DNA from: Armatimonadota bacterium | GTDB lineage: Bacteria; Armatimonadota; Armatimonadia; Armatimonadales; Armatimonadaceae | NCBI GenBank assembly: GCA_043754515.1 | Contig: JAYUUO010000113.1 | Coordinates: forward strand, 1-40,398 | Direction: 5' to 3' | DNA: 40,398 nt | In this document: piece after piece, positions 37,789-40,398 of the stretch | How the letters are laid out: each line of letters begins with the position of its first letter | Position numbering within the stretch: the stretch's first letter is position 1 | The notes under the pieces: generated by a model | Told to the model about the DNA's origin: nothing | Databases searched by the model: none | The model's input: the letters and a program-made list of their open reading frames with translations, nothing else | Program-made: the position numbers and the translations under genes

Positions 37789-40197
37789 ATGCGGACTATC
37801 ATCACCGGGTCACCGTACGCGGCGGAGGAGCCGGAGGACTGGGGCAAGCGCGGGACATGGCGTTGCGCCTGGGTCGCGGTCCCGGAACCAGTCGCCGCGC
37901 CGTTCGTGAGCGCGTACCGGTGCCGATTCGACATCACGGAGAACGTGGTTGCGCGGGTCCATGTGACGGCGGACGAGCGGTACGAACTGTTCCTTAATGG
38001 CGAGCGGATCGGGCGCGGGAGCGAGCGCGGCGACGGCGACAACTGGTACTTCGAGACGTACGATCTTGCGCTGACGTCTGGCGCGCATACGCTGGTGGCG
38101 CGAGTCTGGTCGCTCGGAGCCATGGCACCGTTCGCGCAGATGACAGTGCATCCTGGCTTCCTTCTCGCGCCGCAAGCGCATGAATTCGACGCGCTGATCG
38201 GCACCGGGTTTGCGGCATGGGAGGCGAAAATACTGCCCGGCTACGCGTTCATTGACCCCATAACCGCCTGGGGTACGGGCGCGAACCTGATCGTGGACGG
38301 GGGCATATTCCCGTGGGGCTTCGAGCGGGGGGACGGGGAGGGCTGGCAAGCCGTCCGCGTCCTGAAACCGGGCACGGACTTCCTGTGGCGCAACGAAATG
38401 CAAAGCGAGCATATGCTCCGCCCCGCCGTGTTGCCGCCGATGCTCGACGTGCCGTTCTCGGGCGGGCAGGTTCGGCACGTCGAGGCGGTCGAATCCGCGC
38501 GGACGCACGACGTCGCCGTACGCGCGGAGCACCACTTATCAGACGAGGCGGACGGCTGGCAACGCCTTGTAGCGGGAACCGCGTCCGTCACTGTTCCCGC
38601 CAACACCCGCCGCCGGGTACTCGTTGATCTGCGAAACTACGTCTGCGCCTACCCCGAACTGACGGCGTCGGGCGGAGCGGGTGGCCTAGTACGTGTCCAC
38701 TGGCAGGAGTCGCTTTACTCCGACCTTGGCGCGAATATCAAGGGGAACCGGGATGACGTCGAGGGCAAATACTTCGGTGCCGTCTGGCGTAAGGTGGACG
38801 GGATCGGCGATACGTTCCTGCCCGACGGCGGCATTAACCGCCGCTTCGAGACACTCTGGTGGCAGTGCGGCCGCTACATCGAACTGCTCGTGGAGACACG
38901 GGACGAACCGCTGACCATCGAACGGCTTGCCCTGCGCGAGACGCGCTACCCGCTCGAAATGGAGGCGGCGTTCGCGTCGAGCGACGCGCGGTGGGATGTG
39001 CTGATCCCGCTCACGCTCCGCACCCTGCAATTGTGCGCGCACGAGACGTACATGGACTGCCCCTACTTCGAGCAGCTGATGTATATCGGCGACACGCGCC
39101 TCCAGGCGTTGGTGACATACGCCATCACCGCCGATGACCGGCTCCCGCGCAAGGCAGTCGAACTCCTCGGCGCGTCCCGCCTCCTGACCGGCCTGACGCA
39201 GTCGCGCTACCCCGGTCGCGTCCGGCAGATCATCCCGCCGTTTTCACTCTGGTGGGTCGGCATGCTCTACGACTACGCGCTGTGGCGGGGAGACCCCGAC
39301 TTCGTCCGCGCCCTGATGCCGACTGCGCGCGGCGTGATTGACTTCTTCCTGCGTCAGCGCGGCGCGGACGGCGTTGTCGTCTCGCCAAAAGGCTGGAATG
39401 TCCAGGACTGGGTGCCGGAGTGGAAGGGCGGCGTTCCCCCGGACGGCTACGACGGCGTGAACGGCCTGTTAAACTGGGAGGTCGCCTACGCGCTGGAACG
39501 GGCGGCGGAGCTGGAGACCTGGCTCGGCGAGCCGGAACTCGCGGCGCGTGACCGACGGCTGAGCCGTGAACTGGTGGCGCGGATCGAGGCGACGTTCTGG
39601 GACGGGGCGCGGGGGCTGTACGCGGAGGACGCGGCGCACGGCCACTACTCCGAGCATACGCAGTGCGTCGCGCTCCTGAGCGGGTCGCTCGACGACGCGC
39701 GGCGCGAGACTGTATTCGCGAGCCTGATCGCCGCACCTGACCTCGCCCGCGCCACGGTCTACTTCTCGCACTACCTGTTCGAGGCGTATCACGCGGTGGG
39801 GCGCGCCGACCTGTTCGCGGCGCGGCTTTCGCTCTGGCACGACCTGAAGGCGGACGGTTTGTTCACCACCATTGAGCAGCCGGAGCCGACCCGCTCCGAC
39901 TGTCACGCGTGGGGGGCGCATCCGCTCTACCAGTTTCTGGCCTCCACGCTCGGCGTCCGCCCCGGCGCGATGGGCTTCGCCACAGTGCATATCGCGCCGA
40001 ACCCCGGCGCGCTGACAACCGCGAAAGGGCGCGTCGTGCACCCGCTGGGCATGATTGAGGTGGCCATCGAGCGGGGCGAGTCGGGAACGGTGGTGACGGT
40101 CACGCTTCCCGGCGACCTGACCGGCGTTTTCGCGTATGCGGGTCAGGAGGTCGCGCTCGGGCCGGGCGGTCAGCGGCTGGAGTTCGCGCCGGAATGA
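37789..40197 (+). CDS. Alpha-L-rhamnosidase (GH78 family)
   Basis: 'HVTADERYELFLNG', 'HETYMDCPYFEQLMYIGD', 'DWVP', 'RSDCHAWGAHP'. Confidence 0.9.
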   Translation: MRTIITGSPYAAEEPEDWGKRGTWRCAWVAVPEPVAAPFVSAYRCRFDITENVVARVHVTADERYELFLNGERIGRGSERGDGDNWYFETYDLALTSGAHTLVARVWSLGAMAPFAQMTVHPGFLLAPQAHEFDALIGTGFAAWEAKILPGYAFIDPITAWGTGANLIVDGGIFPWGFERGDGEGWQAVRVLKPGTDFLWRNEMQSEHMLRPAVLPPMLDVPFSGGQVRHVEAVESARTHDVAVRAEHHLSDEADGWQRLVAGTASVTVPANTRRRVLVDLRNYVCAYPELTASGGAGGLVRVHWQESLYSDLGANIKGNRDDVEGKYFGAVWRKVDGIGDTFLPDGGINRRFETLWWQCGRYIELLVETRDEPLTIERLALRETRYPLEMEAAFASSDARWDVLIPLTLRTLQLCAHETYMDCPYFEQLMYIGDTRLQALVTYAITADDRLPRKAVELLGASRLLTGLTQSRYPGRVRQIIPPFSLWWVGMLYDYALWRGDPDFVRALMPTARGVIDFFLRQRGADGVVVSPKGWNVQDWVPEWKGGVPPDGYDGVNGLLNWEVAYALERAAELETWLGEPELAARDRRLSRELVARIEATFWDGARGLYAEDAAHGHYSEHTQCVALLSGSLDDARRETVFASLIAAPDLARATVYFSHYLFEAYHAVGRADLFAARLSLWHDLKADGLFTTIEQPEPTRSDCHAWGAHPLYQFLASTLGVRPGAMGFATVHIAPNPGALTTAKGRVVHPLGMIEVAIERGESGTVVTVTLPGDLTGVFAYAGQEVALGPGGQRLEFAPE

Positions 40198-40380
40198 GCG
40201 GGGTGTCCGCGCTAAGAGCGCGGAAGAGGAAGGAGCGCGAGAGCACTGCTACCTGTCCCGGCCTAGCTCGTCGGTATCCCCCCGCTGGCCTGGAGCCGAC
40301 GGCGTGGTCCGACGGGCGAGGCAAACCTTCAACTGGCGCGACTACCGACCAACCATTTAGAGTAATAGGAGCTACGCGGT

Positions 40381-40398
40381 TGGCGTCAATTGACGCCA
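40381..40398. repeat. Perfect 18-bp palindrome at the window end
   Basis: TGGCGTCAATTGACGCCA is its own reverse complement and is truncated by the edge. Confidence 0.7.

Overview
A GC-rich bacterial window of about 40 kb. The LptD-like gene implies a diderm; gene style suggests Armatimonadota, which is inference only. It looks like a whole contig, since both ends stop inside palindromic repeats. Housekeeping and metabolic genes include a HAD hydrolase, a PAS/PP2C phosphatase, a KimA-like APC transporter, a DprE2/DprE1-like pair, an LptD-like protein, ftsK, furA-katG, a PhrB-type photolyase, a penicillin-acylase-family amidase, trpA, a TPR protein, an isochorismatase, an acyl-ACP desaturase and a GH78 rhamnosidase. 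The accessory parts are more interesting. (1) A candidate defence islet at 24.9-32.9 kb holds an Hhe-type DUF4011-SF1 helicase-Vsr-like nuclease-DUF3320 gene, co-oriented with a small putative lipoprotein and a minimal 203-aa Rnl2-like RNA ligase domain. Two decayed Rpn-like PD-(D/E)XK genes bracket it. (2) A roughly 230-bp structured inverted-repeat element occurs twice (20829-21059 and 12985-13140, opposite orientations), with compensatory base changes in its hairpins. One copy is clipped at the edge of a low-GC pair of orphan SMI1/KNR4 immunity genes. (3) A 132-bp palindromic element sits in frame inside the acylase gene. No rRNA, tRNA or CRISPR array was recognised. All annotations come from motif reading by eye; no database searches were run.
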